Source: Eledone cirrhosa
Taxonomy: Eukaryota
DNA length: 64,000 nucleotides
Reading direction: 5' to 3'
Assembly: GCA_964016885.1 (NCBI GenBank)
Contig: OZ024763.1
Span: forward strand, 11,098,001-11,162,000
Numbering within the stretch: the first letter of the stretch is position 1; each line of letters begins with the position of its first letter. A program made the position numbers and the translations under genes. Shown here piece after piece: positions 1 through 13,873 of this stretch. The notes beneath the pieces are model-generated. The model made no database searches. It saw only the letters and a list, made by a program, of their open reading frames with translations, and was not told where the DNA came from.

Positions 1-31
1 TTGAAAGAATGTTTTATTATATATATATATG

Positions 32-100
<69 letters not shown>

Positions 101-142
101 CTTCAAAATATTAATAAATATAGACATTCATGTGATCAAATA

Positions 143-208
143 TATTTTATTATACATATTTCAGAGATACTGAGCTATTTCAACAGTACGTCCTCATCAG
201 ATAAAATA
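143..208 (-). ncRNA. Minimal type I hammerhead ribozyme motif
   Basis: Minus strand: tattttat-CTGATGA-ggacgtactg...cagtatctct-GAAA-tatgta-TA-ataaaata; 8-bp helix I, intact core. Confidence 0.8.
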
Positions 209-383
209 AGTTGATGCTTGACATACCTTGACTATGTTGATGGTTATAATTTAGTCATGGCAACCACTGTAGAGTGCTTATAATCTATTGTGAAACTTTA
301 TTCATTGATGAATTCATTGAACCTTGTTAAACTTTTAATTATATATATATATATATACACACACACACAGACACACACACACT

Positions 384-433
<50 letters not shown>

Positions 434-895
434 CTTGCATGCATAGTAAGTGGCCGTATTTCTTTACATAAGCTGAATGAGTTGGGGTGTATAACCCAAC
501 GAAACTTAAGTAGCTGTATATGTCACTGTTGTAACTAATTATCTCTCTCTCTCTATATATATATATAAAGAGAGAGATAGAGGTGCATATATATATATAT
601 AGATGTGTGTATATATATAGATGTGTGTATAAATATAGATGTGTGTATATATATATGTCTGTGTATATATATTTAGAAAGTAAACCAAGTAGGGTTAAAT
701 ATATAAGCAACTGGTTTACTGTTTCATAAATCTGTTTCGATTTTCATGATCTTCTCAGAGCCGATCAGGTAGATTGAGGCGGATTTATCAAACTATAAAT
801 TATAAATTAATACATCTACACACACACACACACGCTTGCACGCACACACACACCTCTCTCTATCTCCATTATATATATAATATACAAATATATAT

Positions 896-975
<80 letters not shown>

Positions 976-1026
976 TCATATATATATAGTCATATATATA
1001 TATATATATGTATATATATATGTATA

Positions 1027-1077
<51 letters not shown>

Positions 1078-1321
1078 GTATATATGATTAGAGCAAAGAT
1101 CACGGACGCTCTATCTCAAAATTATTTTTGAAAAGCATTAGAAATGCGCAACCGGTAAAACTTAAAACCAAAACTGAATACTAACCAATACTTATTACTA
1201 ATTCTCACTTATTCCTAATTAAACTATTTTTCACTGTGAACAATTTGTCAGCATTTTCTATTCCGTTTACCAATATATATATATGTATATATATATATAT
1301 GTATATATATGTATATATATA

Positions 1322-1386
<65 letters not shown>

Positions 1387-1399
1387 ATATATATATATA

Positions 1400-1505
<106 letters not shown>

Positions 1506-1799
1506 CTCATATATATATATATATATATATATACTCATATATATATATATATATATATATATACTCATATATATATATATATATATACTCATATATATAT
1601 ATATATATATACTCATATATATATATATATATATACTCATATATATATATATATATATACTCATATATATATATATATATATACTCATATATATATATAT
1701 ATATATACTCATATATATATATATATATATACTCATATATATATATATATATATACTCATATATATATATATATACTCATATATATATAAATATATATA

Positions 1800-2820
1800 T
1801 AGTTATACTTTGGGATGGACATGCTGCCAATAAATTAAGCCCTCAAACTAACTGCAAAACTAGTAACGTGATATATAGCTGTACTGAGGGACAGTGTGGG
1901 AATATGGACACAACTTACATAGGTGGGACAGCCCATAGCATAGGAGAAATAAGTGAACACTGGTGAGAACTCCAAGATGGGAAGAACTCATCAGTACTCC
2001 ACCAACATAGCAGAACAGAACATAGGGGCACATTAGAGAACATAGAGATAAAGATCATATCCACACACAGAACAGACGCAATGCTTAGACAAATTACAGA
2101 AACCACAAACATAAACACACTCCAACCAAAATTAAACAGAAAACACAAGTGTAATAGCAACAACATCACAACTAGTAATTAAGGACAAGATAAAGACATA
2201 CAGAGAGACATACAAAAAGTAAACTAATTAAGAGCAATATAAAGACATAGAGACACTTGAGAACCAAACTAATAAAACAAACCAGACGACACACAGATAG
2301 AACAAACAACCAACTAGTGACGAGTAAATAAATGTATAAATAAATAACAAATAGATATATTTTAAAAAATAAATAAAAACACACACAAAGCCGGATATAA
2401 TGCATGCACAGCTCAAGTACACAGCTCACGATACAAAGACAAGATTGCGTGGGACAGAACAAAGGAGAAATACAAAATAACAAAAGAAGTCACTGAGGAA
2501 GTCACAATGTGTGATGATAGAGCTTTGATGACAATCAACAACTAAACAACCAACTAGTGACGAGTAAATAAATGTATATATAAATAAGTAAATAAAGCAC
2601 ACACAGGATATAACGTATGTCCAACCCAAATACACAACACACAAAAACAAGATGGTGTAGGACAGAACAAAGGAGAGATACACAATAACAAATTAGAAGG
2701 TTTGACAATAAACAAATAAATAACCATCTTGTTATTAAACTAACTAACTGGGAATTTATAACAAACTAAATAAAAAGAAAACTAACAGGTGCGTGTGTTT
2801 TCATTGGCAACATGACCCTC
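1800..2820 (+). mobile_element. Penelope-like element 3' remnant (GIY-YIG endonuclease and 3' UTR)
   Basis: Translation [33 protein letters not shown] matches the PLE copy at ~50700-50830; degenerate HHR-like motif at ~2490-2528; internal duplication 2305-2480/2543-2690. Confidence 0.75.
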
Positions 2821-3034
2821 CCAAAGTATACCAATACCTGTTTCAACACACCTTTTAAGATAAGATATCCTGTAAAAGAAATACAAATGAGAAATATATA
2901 TATATATGTATATTATATATATACATACATATATATATGTGTATATATAATATATATATATATATACATATATAATATTCACATACTTATAATATACATA
3001 CATGCATATATACATACATGCATATATACATACA

Positions 3035-3095
<61 letters not shown>

Positions 3096-4112
3096 AATGT
3101 CTTCTCGAAGATCGAGTTGGAGCGTCAGTGTATTAGAATTCATAGGATAATGAGAAAAACTCAACGCAAGTAAGGAACAAAGGAAGAAAATGGACGAAAC
3201 AAGATCACACAAACATCATTTAACCTCTTCAGCTCTCAGACCCTCTGTGGTTTTGCACGATTTAATTTGAGAGGACCACATAAAATTGTCAGCTCGTGCA
3301 TCATAAAAATAAATATTTCTGCTGGTATGATGTTTGCGTGATAAAATGCACAAATTAGACAGACAAACAGATCAGAGAGTGGGAGAGTGAGAGAGAGGGA
3401 AGTGAGACAGAGAGAGAGAGAGAGAGGGAGGGAGAGAAATAGAGAGAGAGAAGTAAAAAAGCATCCTCTCGGTACCAAGACAACAAAAGCCCTAGCGTTG
3501 CGGAAGTGGCAGCAAGCGGTGAAAAATAGTGAAAAATGTTTTTGTTTTGTGGAACAATAGCATCATATTAGATTCTGTTGAGTTTTCCTATGAAATGTAG
3601 AGTCACACACACACACAGTGTCTTTGAGTTGTTCGTCTTTCAGTTGTTTTTTCCATTGTGTTTGTCTTGTGTAAACCTACTTTGAATTTATATTCTAAAG
3701 ACTTAGCCATGCAGGCCCTTTTGAAACTATCCTATAATAGACATCACCGTCCCACTAATTTCCCTTCTTACCTTGTCTACACCTCAGTGTCCATCTTTGT
3801 CACATTGGACAACACTCCTTATTCTCTTCTGGTTTACTATTTCTCTCCTTTCTATATATTTATCCTTTGGCTAAGTCCCTGGCTCAATCTATATTTGTGT
3901 AATTTGCCTAAAGGCATAACTTTTCTCTAGGTATTTTATTATGTCCCAATGTGTACAGGAATGAAGGGTACCGACCTTAATGAACCGAAACTGTAGTGAT
4001 TTTCAGAGGTTGACTGAGGAGATGGGATTGTCAGTCTTACCGTTTTCTTCCACTGCCTTTGTTCTGTATATATATATATGCACACTCACACACACACATA
4101 TATATATTTATT

Positions 4113-4155
<43 letters not shown>

Positions 4156-4293
4156 ACATGTGTGTGTATATTCTCAAATCTCCTTAATTCTCTCTGCTAC
4201 TTCAAACTCCGTATCTAGGCAACGTGGGGCTGGTTGTTAAACCAACCGCTAAGCCCTTAATAACACTGTTGCTTGAGGGGATAGTCTATCTCC

Positions 4294-4327
<34 letters not shown>

Positions 4328-4784
4328 CTCTCTCTCTCTCACACACTCTCGTTAGCACTCTCTTTCTCTCTCTCCCTCGTCATCTCTCTTTCTCTGTCTC
4401 TCTTTATCCAACTCTCTCCTTCCTTATCTCTCTATTTCCTTATATACACCGCTCTCTCTTACTCTTACCCCCCCCCCCCAGTCTATCTGTCTGTCTCTCT
4501 ATCTCCATCTCTGTTTCACTCTCTCTCTCCTCTTCCCGTCTCTCTACCTCCCCCTCTCTCAGCTCCTTCCCCCTCCCTATCACCCCCTCCCTCTCTCGCC
4601 CTCCCAATTATCACATACTTTAGATATGTTTATTTAAGGCGATCAATTTACATTTTATTATCGGAAAATAAAACTTTTAAATAAGTAAAAAATATAAATT
4701 TAATACAATTTACTTTCGGCTGATGCACAGCCTCTAGGAGACCTGCATCAGCAATTAACGATGGCAACTTCACATACTGCACAT

Positions 4785-7700
4785 CTTAGTCTTTGTCTTA
4801 CATTCTTCCGCGCCGTTCGGCGCATCGAGCAGTAAGTACTCGCCAATGGTGACGATCAGCGGCAAATTTTTCGAGACCGTGCCAGGTGATGTTGGCGGCC
4901 ATCAGGTCCTTCCGGAAGAACGTTCGTCGCCAGGTGATCCTTGGGCAACCCCCGCCTCCGTTTACCGCCGCGGAGTCCAGTTCATCGCTGTTTTCGAATG
5001 CCGTTCATTTGGCAGACGCAGAATATGGCGGCCAGCCAGACGGCACCGACGCTCCGTGACCACTCTCTGTAGCGTCCACGACTCGGCTCTCCGCAGGATC
5101 TCCTCGTTTCGCACTCGGTCGCGCCAGGACACACGAAGGATCTTTCGCAGGCACCGCTGGTGGAAAGCGTTCAGCCGTCTCTCTATTTTTGTCGCATTCT
5201 TCCAGGTCTCGCTCGCATAAAGCACTGTCGGCAGCACGATGCTCTTGTACAGGCGGAGCTTGGTCTTGGTGCTAATACATGAAGACGACCAGACTGGGCA
5301 CAGCCGCTGGAAAACTGCGGCTCCTTTGCCGATCCGACAGTTGATGTCGAGCTCCGCGTCACCGCTGCTTGTCAAGATGCTGCCCAGATAGGTGAAGTGA
5401 TCGACTTCCTCGAGGTCCTGTTGGTTGACTCTGATCACTGGACCTGTGTTGCTGGCCGTTCTCATGACCTTGGTCTTTTTGGTGTTGATTCTCAAGCCGA
5501 TCTTTTCCGCAGTCTCTTGTAGGGATGTTGTTAGGACCTACAGATCTGCACTATTTTCAGCGATCAAAGCGATGTCGTCGGTGAATGCCAGGTCCCTCAG
5601 CCTCGACTAGCCTCTCCATGGGATTCCTCGACCGGGTCCTTCATCCATTCGCCTTAGTACGAAATCGACTGCCAGCAAGAACAACAGTGGAGAGCGAATG
5701 CAACCCTGTCTGACTCCGGAGACAATGCCAAAGAACTCCGTCACACCGGACTCAGTCCGCACGCAGCAGCTGGAGTTTTCATACAGGGACATGAAAATAG
5801 CAATGAATCCTGCAGGAATGCCGTACAGTTGCGCAACATTCCACAGTGACTCCCGGTGTACACTGTCGAATGCCTTCTGGAAATCAATAAAATTGACCTC
5901 CAAAGACTGTTGTAGCTCAACGCATTGTTCGAGAATGTTCCGTAGTGTAAAGATCTGTTCCTTGCAAGATCGATTTTTTCGGAAGCCGGCTTGTTCCTCC
6001 CGGAGCACAGAGTCGACAGCCTGCAGGAGTCGACGCAGCAGCACAGGGCAGAATGCCTTGCCTGGGACTGACAGCAATGTGATACCACGCCAGTTGTTGC
6101 AGTCTGCCAGGTTTCCCTTCTTCGGCAGTTTGACGATGACACCGCGCTGCCACTCAAGAGGAACCCGACCAACCCTCCAGCACTGGTTCATCAAGTCTAT
6201 CAACGCCGTTATCGTGCTCTCCTCACCGAATTTGAGCAGCTCAGCAGAGATCTCATCCAGTCCGCCTGCTTTGCCGTTCCTCAAGTGGCTAATCGCATCT
6301 CTCGTCTCCTGCTTGGTGATATGGTCCTTGCAGACTTTCAGTACCTCAGTGGTTGCTGGAGTCTCTACGGTCAAGTCTATCAGGGCGACCGGATTTGGTT
6401 GGTTCAGCGTCTCCCGGAAGTGCTCCATCCATCTCTGCCCCTGTTCCGCTCCAGTGGTCAACGTCTTGCCATTTTTGCCCTTCACTGGCATGCTGGCACC
6501 GCTCGACACTCCTGTCAACTCCCTCACGATGCGGAACAGTGCTTTTGTATCGTTTCGACCAGCAGCTTCCTCTGCATCAGCCCCCTTTTTCTCCAGCCAG
6601 TCACGTTTGTCCCGCCGGCAGCTTCACTTTACCAGTCGGTCGATTTGGCGGTATACGGCATCTCTTTTCTTTTGGTCTTCCTCCGATCTGGCAGAATCTC
6701 GCTCGACTTTTGCCTTTTTTCGTCTGTCAATCATGGTCCCACGCTGGTTCTTGGATCCATTTTCCCTCCTCGTTCCTCGTCTTCGGCCAATAGTTTCTTG
6801 TGCTGCCTCGGTCACCGCTGTCGTGAACATCGTCCATTGATCTTCCAGATCTGCAGCCTCACTCAACTGCTGGAATCGGTTGTGTAGCGCCAGTTGGTAC
6901 AGTCGCGCTTGACCGGGATACTTCAGTTTCTCCACTACATATGGCTTTGGTCTTTCCTGTCGTGTCCGTTTCTTCATGCGCAGCTGAAGTTCCGCACACA
7001 GTAGGTGGTGGGCTGAGCCCACGTCCGCACCTCGGTACACTCTGACGTCACGTACCGAGGACCGCCAGCGCTGGTTGATGCAGATGTAGTCGCTCTCGTT
7101 TCGGCTTTTCTGGTCCGGAGACTGCCTAGTAGCCTTGTGAATCGCCTTGTGTTTGAAATAGGTGTTGCTAATGCACAAGCTGTTGATGGAACAGAACAGC
7201 TGCAGTCTCTCGCCGGTGTCCGTGGTGACCACAGCAGAACCGAATGGCCCAGTTACCTGTTCCAGTCCCTGTCTGTTGCAGCCAATCTGAGCATTGAAAT
7301 CACCGATCAGTAGCTTGATGTCATGGCTGAGCAAGTTATTAAATGTGTCCTGCAGCTGTTCTTAGAGGGCGTCCTTGTCGATGTCGGTTGCGTCATCAAT
7401 CGGTGCGTAGCCCTGAACAACAGTGATTTTCGCATGCCCACTTTGAAAACGGGAGGTTATGATGTGCTCGCTGACTGGCTCCCATCCGATCAATGCTCGA
7501 GTTGCTCGGGCGCTAAACACAAGTCCAACGCCATGAACGTGCTTGTCTTGGTGTCCACAGTAGAGCAGAGTTGTCTCCGCTGCCACTCATCTTTCCGCTG
7601 CCGGTCCAGCGCATTTCACTCACGCCCAGAATGTCCAGCTGGTAGTGGTCGAACTCGCGAAGTAGCTGAGCCAGCTTTCCTGCCTGGTGTAGTGTACGCA

Positions 7701-8022
7701 CGTTCCAAGTTCCAATTCGCATCTTTGTTTTGGTGCTCAGAATCCGGCTCATCGGAACCCCAAAGTCCTTTCGGCTTTGGTCGAGGTCTGTCAAGAGTGG
7801 AGTGTTTCCCACGCCTTCATCTTTACGCCGTTCATTTTTTTTTTTTTGGGGGGGGGGGGCTTTTCTTGCTGTTTCTTTAGAGGTTAGAATTTTTACAGCG
7901 GTGCCGAGTTGTTAACCCGACGGCTGCGCCTGTATTTGCCGATTCTTTGCCCACTGAGATTAATGGTTGGCACCCCTTCGCCACGATGAGGCGTCCGGCA
8001 AGACCAGGGGACTCATCAGGGG
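4785..8022 (-). mobile_element. Full-length RTE-clade non-LTR retrotransposon, decayed
   Basis: APE endonuclease (RIGTWNVRTL, LIGDFNA, SAHHL) followed by RT (NWRGITLLS, FIDFQKAFDSV, GVRQGC, FTDD) and RTE-type C-terminus (LYASETW, LAGRHILR); flanked by catactgcacat (4773-4784) and catactacacat (8023-8034), a probable 12-bp TSD. Confidence 0.93.
4800..7812 (-). pseudogene. RTE endonuclease/reverse transcriptase polyprotein, disrupted by stops and frameshifts
   Basis: ORF pieces 7513-7812, 7362-7586, 6624-7334, 5607-6527 and 4962-5495 are collinear parts of one EN-RT protein. Confidence 0.9.
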
Positions 8023-8023
8023 C
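7936..8023 (-). ncRNA. Candidate HDV-like ribozyme at the RTE 5' end
   Basis: Minus strand: P1 gcccct/aggggt, P2 ttgccgg/tcggcaa, P3 gcc/ggc closing L3 tcatcgt, short P4 cca/tgg, in HDV order; begins at the element boundary. Confidence 0.6.
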
Positions 8024-8100
8024 ATACTACACATACATACATACATACATACACACATATATATATATGTACACACACACATATATATTTATATATATAC

Positions 8101-8168
<68 letters not shown>

Positions 8169-8357
8169 GAGTATATATATATGTATATGTTTATAACTGA
8201 TTCGAAGCACTCGACATGTTTTCTGGAGTATAATATCAATGATATTAATAAATGGGAAGTATATTTTTAAAACCATATTTATTCTTTCCCCTCTTTCCTT
8301 TTACTATACAGGAAAAACTTGAACCTGGATATGTCACTATTTATAAAACAAACTTTG

Positions 8358-8417
8358 TATTTTATCTGATGAGAGCGTACCAAATGTTGGTACCCTTGAA
8401 ATATATATAATAGAATA
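8358..8417 (+). ncRNA. Minimal type I hammerhead (family A)
   Basis: tattttat-CTGATGA-gagcgtaccaa-atg-ttggtaccctt-GAAA-tatata-TA-atagaata. Confidence 0.85.
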
Positions 8418-8458
8418 AATATAGTTTTATAAATATAGTTTCCATTTATTAATATCAT

Positions 8459-8520
<62 letters not shown>

Positions 8521-9121
8521 GAGGTTTTTTTTACAAAATGAAAAATAACCGAGGTGTCCTACACGAGTGAAAGTATAAAGAAAAAAAGATGAAGTCGAAA
8601 ATGCAACTGGAGACTTATTTTTAAAAAAAATATATATATTTATTTGGTTCCTTTACCGGTAAATATATATATATACAATACATAGAGGGGAAAAATACAG
8701 AAGAGTGTGTTTTCCTTTACAGGAATTTCAAACCACCAGCGGGAAGAGGATATAATATAATAGAGGCATAGGGAAAACATTAAAATTAAAAGATTAAAAG
8801 TATAAGTTAAATGGAGAAACATGTACAAATTCACCAGGAGATTGTTTCGCCAATTAGTGGGTTTCAATTCGACCCTGTGGGTCATTAGCATGTGGGGAGA
8901 CCGATATTGTCCGCACTACTAGAGAGAGAGAACTATAGTAAACCACCTGTAGCACGTGTAAATATACGTGCACGAGGCAATGACCGGTGGTATGGACAGA
9001 ACAAGCTGCTAGAGATGGAAGCCTATACCGTTCAATTTATGGTGCTCCACAGCAGAGAGAATGTAAGGGGAAAATATCAAGTAAAATAACTGAGTAAGGG
9101 ACTCGCGTACACACACACATA

Positions 9122-9171
<50 letters not shown>

Positions 9172-9204
9172 AAGAAATTAAAAGATGGTTAGAAAAGTTC
9201 CATG

Positions 9205-9275
9205 TATTTTATTATGCGCATTTCAAAAACAAATATCATCCAAGGACGATATTTACGTCCTCATCAGATAAAATA
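9205..9275 (-). ncRNA. Minimal type I hammerhead
   Basis: Minus strand: tattttat-CTGATGA-ggacg...-GAAA-tgcgca-TA-ataaaata. Confidence 0.75.
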
Positions 9276-9438
9276 GGGAGACATGATATGAAGCTTAAAA
9301 AAGAGACTTGTGAGCAAGGTAGTGTCTAAACAACACACACACACACACATACACACACACATATATATATAAGATTTAATCAACTACCTTGATTAAATCT
9401 TAACCATTTAAGTTCTCAGGGTACGTCACGTATCATTA

Positions 9439-9493
9439 TATTTTGTCTGATGAGGACGTACTCTTGTACATCCGAAATATGTATAATAAAATG
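9439..9493 (+). ncRNA. Minimal type I hammerhead
   Basis: tattttgt-CTGATGA-ggacgtac-tctt-gtacatcc-GAAA-tatgta-TA-ataaaatg. Confidence 0.85.
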
Positions 9494-9848
9494 TAATTGA
9501 TCAAAAGAACATCTATTTTATTAATACTTATATTTTAATATTAATAACTCCAGAAAATGATTTTTTCGTTGAGTGCTTCCAATCTACTGTAAAACTCATT
9601 CTTTGACATAATCATTGAATATTGTTTAACACTTTAATATATATATATTTTTTTCTCTCTCTCCTTCTTTCTCTCTCCTTCTCTCTCTCCGTCTTTTCTT
9701 TCTTTCTCTCCGTCTTTTTCTAATTGTGCTTAACACTATAACTAATAAAATAATAAACATTTCACTATCCAGAAATTTCAGCTTCCAAAAATAATGGTTG
9801 CATTTAATAGGGTACGTCAAAATTATTTATGAAACTGTTTATATATTG

Positions 9849-9913
9849 TATTTTGTCTGATGAAGGCATACCATATTTTAATTTGGTATCCCTGAAATAT
9901 GTATAATGAAATA
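9849..9913 (+). ncRNA. Minimal type I hammerhead (family A)
   Basis: tattttgt-CTGATGA-aggcatacca...tggtatccct-GAAA-tatgta-TA-atgaaata. Confidence 0.85.
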
Positions 9914-10040
9914 AATATGGTTTTATAAATATAGTTTCCATTTATTAATATCGTATATCTACTCCAACAACTTGTCGAGTGCTTTATATCAGTTATAAAA
10001 TATTTACTTGTTGTATCCCAACAATTTTAAATAGAACTTT

Positions 10041-10095
<55 letters not shown>

Positions 10096-10171
10096 AAAAG
10101 AAATAGAAAATGCAACTGGAGTCTTTTTAAGAATATTTATTTGTTTCCTTAAAAATGTGTCAAAGATTTTC

Positions 10172-10220
10172 GCCCCCGCGCAAGGATGACACGCAAATTC
10201 GGGAAGCGTTCCATATTTTT
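10172..10220 (+). pseudogene. U6: U6 snRNA 3' fragment (retrocopy) inside a fold-back element
   Basis: gcccccgcgcaaggatgacacgcaaattcgggaagcgttccatattttt matches the conserved metazoan U6 3' half (GCCCCUGCGCAAGGAUGACACGCAAAUUCGUGAAGCGUUCCAUAUUUUU) with 2 substitutions. Confidence 0.92.
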
Positions 10221-10752
10221 AAGGAAACAAATAAATATTCTTAAAAAGACTCCAGTTGCATTTTCTATTTCTTTTCCTTATATATATATATATATATATA
10301 TATATTTAGCCCCGTTTTTTCCTCATGTGCTTTTTCATAAATACACATGAAGGCGAACTAGCCAGTTTTAGAATTCCCTTTTTCGGATTATATTACTGTG
10401 AGAGCCCTGGTTTTCTGTTGAGCTCTGCTGATGATTGAAATTCCAACCGTGACCATCTCCACTGAAAGTTTTCATGAAATAGTCTTTTAAGACTATACAG
10501 AGCATTTGATGTTATTCCAAATTGAAGGATAAGTGTTTCAAACTTTATTTTATCATGAGTTAAAGGTCTATAGATTTTCCCTGGATTTTACTAAATTCTG
10601 TGGATGAATTTATATCCTGATTCTCTTTTGAGATGAGTTTGAGTTATTTTTCCTAAATCTTTCGTTAACTACTTTTCCCATCTTGACGTTATAGTCGCAT
10701 ATATGTTATAGAATGCCGTTAGCTTCTTGCTAAAACAATCTCTATACCTCTC

Positions 10753-10812
<60 letters not shown>

Positions 10813-11640
10813 GGTGGTCTTTACTTAACAAAAAGGCTGGTGACTCCTAAATACGACAACGATGATGATGGTGGTGATGGTAGTTGAGGCGGTGGCGGCG
10901 TTGGTGGTGGTGGTAGTTGAGGCGGCGTTGGTGGTGGTGGTGGTAGTGGTGGTGGTGGTGGTGATGATGGTGGTGGTAGTGGTGGTGATGTGATCGTGGT
11001 GGTGATGGTGGTGGTGGTGGTGGTGATGGTGGTGGTAGTGCTGGTGGTAGTGGTGGTGGTGGTAGTGGTGGTGGCGGTGATGTTATGACGGGGGATTACC
11101 AAGTCGGGTGGGATACCGGGTTGTTCTGATTAGCAAAGCCTTTAAGTAGCTGCACCTGTTCAGGTTTGTTGTCGTTGATAATGGTGCTAATGATGATGTT
11201 GATGTTGATGATGATGATGATGATGATGATAGTGAAGATTATGGTGATGATGATGGTGCTGGTGAAGGAGGTGATGATGATGATGATGATGATGATAGTG
11301 TTATCAGTTATGGTTGGAAAGCGCAATACAGATTTTTAAATTAATGAGGAGGGAGAGGGAGAGGGAGAGAGAGAGAGTTACAGAGAGAAACAGAGAGAGA
11401 GAGTGACAGAGAGAGTGACAGAGAGAGAGAGAGTTAGGGAGAGAAACGGAGAACGAGAGTGAGGAAGGGATAAAGAGAGAGAGAGAAGAGGGGGAGCTGA
11501 AGGAAGGGATTCAGAGAGAATAATGAATTAAGGCGCACATATGCAAAAACACACACACACACAAACATATATATATAAATATCTGTATGTATATATATCT
11601 ATCTATATATATACATATATATATATACATATATGTACAT

Positions 11641-11703
<63 letters not shown>

Positions 11704-11712
11704 CATATATGT

Positions 11713-11820
<108 letters not shown>

Positions 11821-12080
11821 AAAAAATGAAACGAAATTTCATTTCCCACTCTTAGTACGGCTGTTACTTAAATATAAGTATGTATACGTACATACATATA
11901 TGTATACAGACGTACAGTAGTATGTATATATATACATACATGCACACATATATATATGTACGTATGGATTTACCGAACATTTATTATAATGCTCGGTGTG
12001 TTTGTAAACAAACATCCCGAATTAAGCCGTACAGTGTTTAGCAACCATCGTTGCCCTTTTGTTTAACACTGACAAAGGAA

Positions 12081-12121
12081 CGATGTACTAGTTTCAAGCT
12101 TATTAGCTAACGTCAGCACCG
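12081..12121 (-). ncRNA. Minimal hammerhead (family D), one core substitution
   Basis: Minus strand: cggtg-CTGACGT-tagct-aata-agctt-GAAA-ctag-TA-catcg. Confidence 0.7.
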
Positions 12122-12567
12122 TATACCTTCCTGCCAGATGATTGAACGTCTGAAAGTATATACTTTCCTTATGCATATTAACGGCTGAGTAGCCTAATTT
12201 GCATATCGAGTGAGTTAATCGGCCGGGCGCACCGAAAACGATAAATGGAATAAAGAGAGGGAGAGAGAGAGAGAGAAAGAGAGAGGGGGGGGGGGGCTGA
12301 AGGAAGGGATTCAAAGAAAATAATGAATAAGGCGCACATATGCAAAAACACACACACACACGGCTCCTTTGTCAGTGTTGAACAAAAGGGCAACGATGGT
12401 TGCTAGACACTACGGCTTAATTCGGGATGTTTGTTTACAAACAAACCAAGCATTATAATAAATGTTCGGTAAATCCATACGTACATGTATATATGTGTGC
12501 ATGTATGTATATATATATACATATTACTGTACGTCTGTATACATAGATGTATGTATGGATACATACT

Positions 12568-12615
<48 letters not shown>

Positions 12616-12701
12616 GTTATGTAATAAACAACATAAGATAATTATTTCATTTACCAGTGGTTTCTTGAAGGCAGATGTTGTCTCTTTCTTAAATGATTTC
12701 G

Positions 12702-12760
12702 TCATTCTGACGACTGAAGAAAGACACAACATCTGCCTTCAAGAAACCACTGGTAAATGA
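12702..12760 (+). ncRNA. Type I hammerhead (family E)
   Basis: tcatt-CTGACGA-ctgaag...cttcaa-GAAA-ccactgg-TA-aatga, within fold-back element 12615-12860; related element at 54637-54850. Confidence 0.7.
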
Positions 12761-13289
12761 AATAATTATCTTATGTTGTTTATTACATAACTAATAAGCT
12801 CTGTAGCCTACATAGAGCACTCTCTTTTCCTGCATCTTTCCGACGGAAATACTTCATTCATATATATATATATATATACACACATACACACATATATATA
12901 CTCTTGATTAATAAAGAAAATATTCTACAATTGTGTATTCATATATATATATATATATATGTACACGTACATATATATATGTATACAGACGTACAGTAGT
13001 ATGTATATATATATACATACATGCACACATATATATATGTACGTATTCCTTTGTCAGTGTTGAGCAAACGAGCAACGATGGTTGCTAGACACTACGGCTT
13101 AATGCGCGATGTCTGTTTATAAACACATCGATCATTATAATAAATGTTCGGTGAATCCATACGTACATATATATGTGTGTGCATGTATGTATATATATAT
13201 ACATACTACTGTACGTCTGTATACATATATGTATGTACGTATACATACTTATATTTAAGTAACAGCCGTACTAAGAGTGGGAAATGAAA

Positions 13290-13525
<236 letters not shown>

Positions 13526-13710
13526 TAATTAATTCTATCGTGCAATGCCTGTGCTATTGGGAGATGGAGACTTGATAGTTTTATGACCCTAACTGAAGAC
13601 GATAGCAGTCGCCGTGTTTTGACTGCTTCATCTTCATATGAGGGACTAAACTCTGTGAGTGAACATCGTTAATTTTCTCCCTCATATCAAGGATTTGAAG
13701 ACAATTCATT

Positions 13711-13786
13711 TTCACCTGACGAGATCAGTGATAATCGATCATGGCTACACGATTGATCTATCTCTTATTGAAACATGTGTCGTGAT
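13711..13786 (+). ncRNA. Minimal type I hammerhead
   Basis: tcac-CTGACGA-long helix II region-GAAA-catgtg-TC-gtga. Confidence 0.65.
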
Positions 13787-13829
13787 TAACATGATTGGAA
13801 ATTTATACCATGCCTTCGGATCTTTATTT

Positions 13830-13868
<39 letters not shown>

Positions 13869-13873
<5 letters not shown>

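Noticed and set aside
5698-6840. 380-aa plus-strand ORF
   Set aside because: Antisense shadow of the RTE coding sequence.
8011-8022. CTGATGAG on the minus strand at the RTE 5' end as a hammerhead
   Set aside because: No matching GAAA/helix III/helix I partner; the region fits an HDV-like fold better.
13578-13652. Long hairpin starting with ATGA upstream of an HHR, considered as a SECIS
   Set aside because: Non-Watson-Crick core and apical AA spacing do not fit well, and there is no associated UGA-containing ORF.
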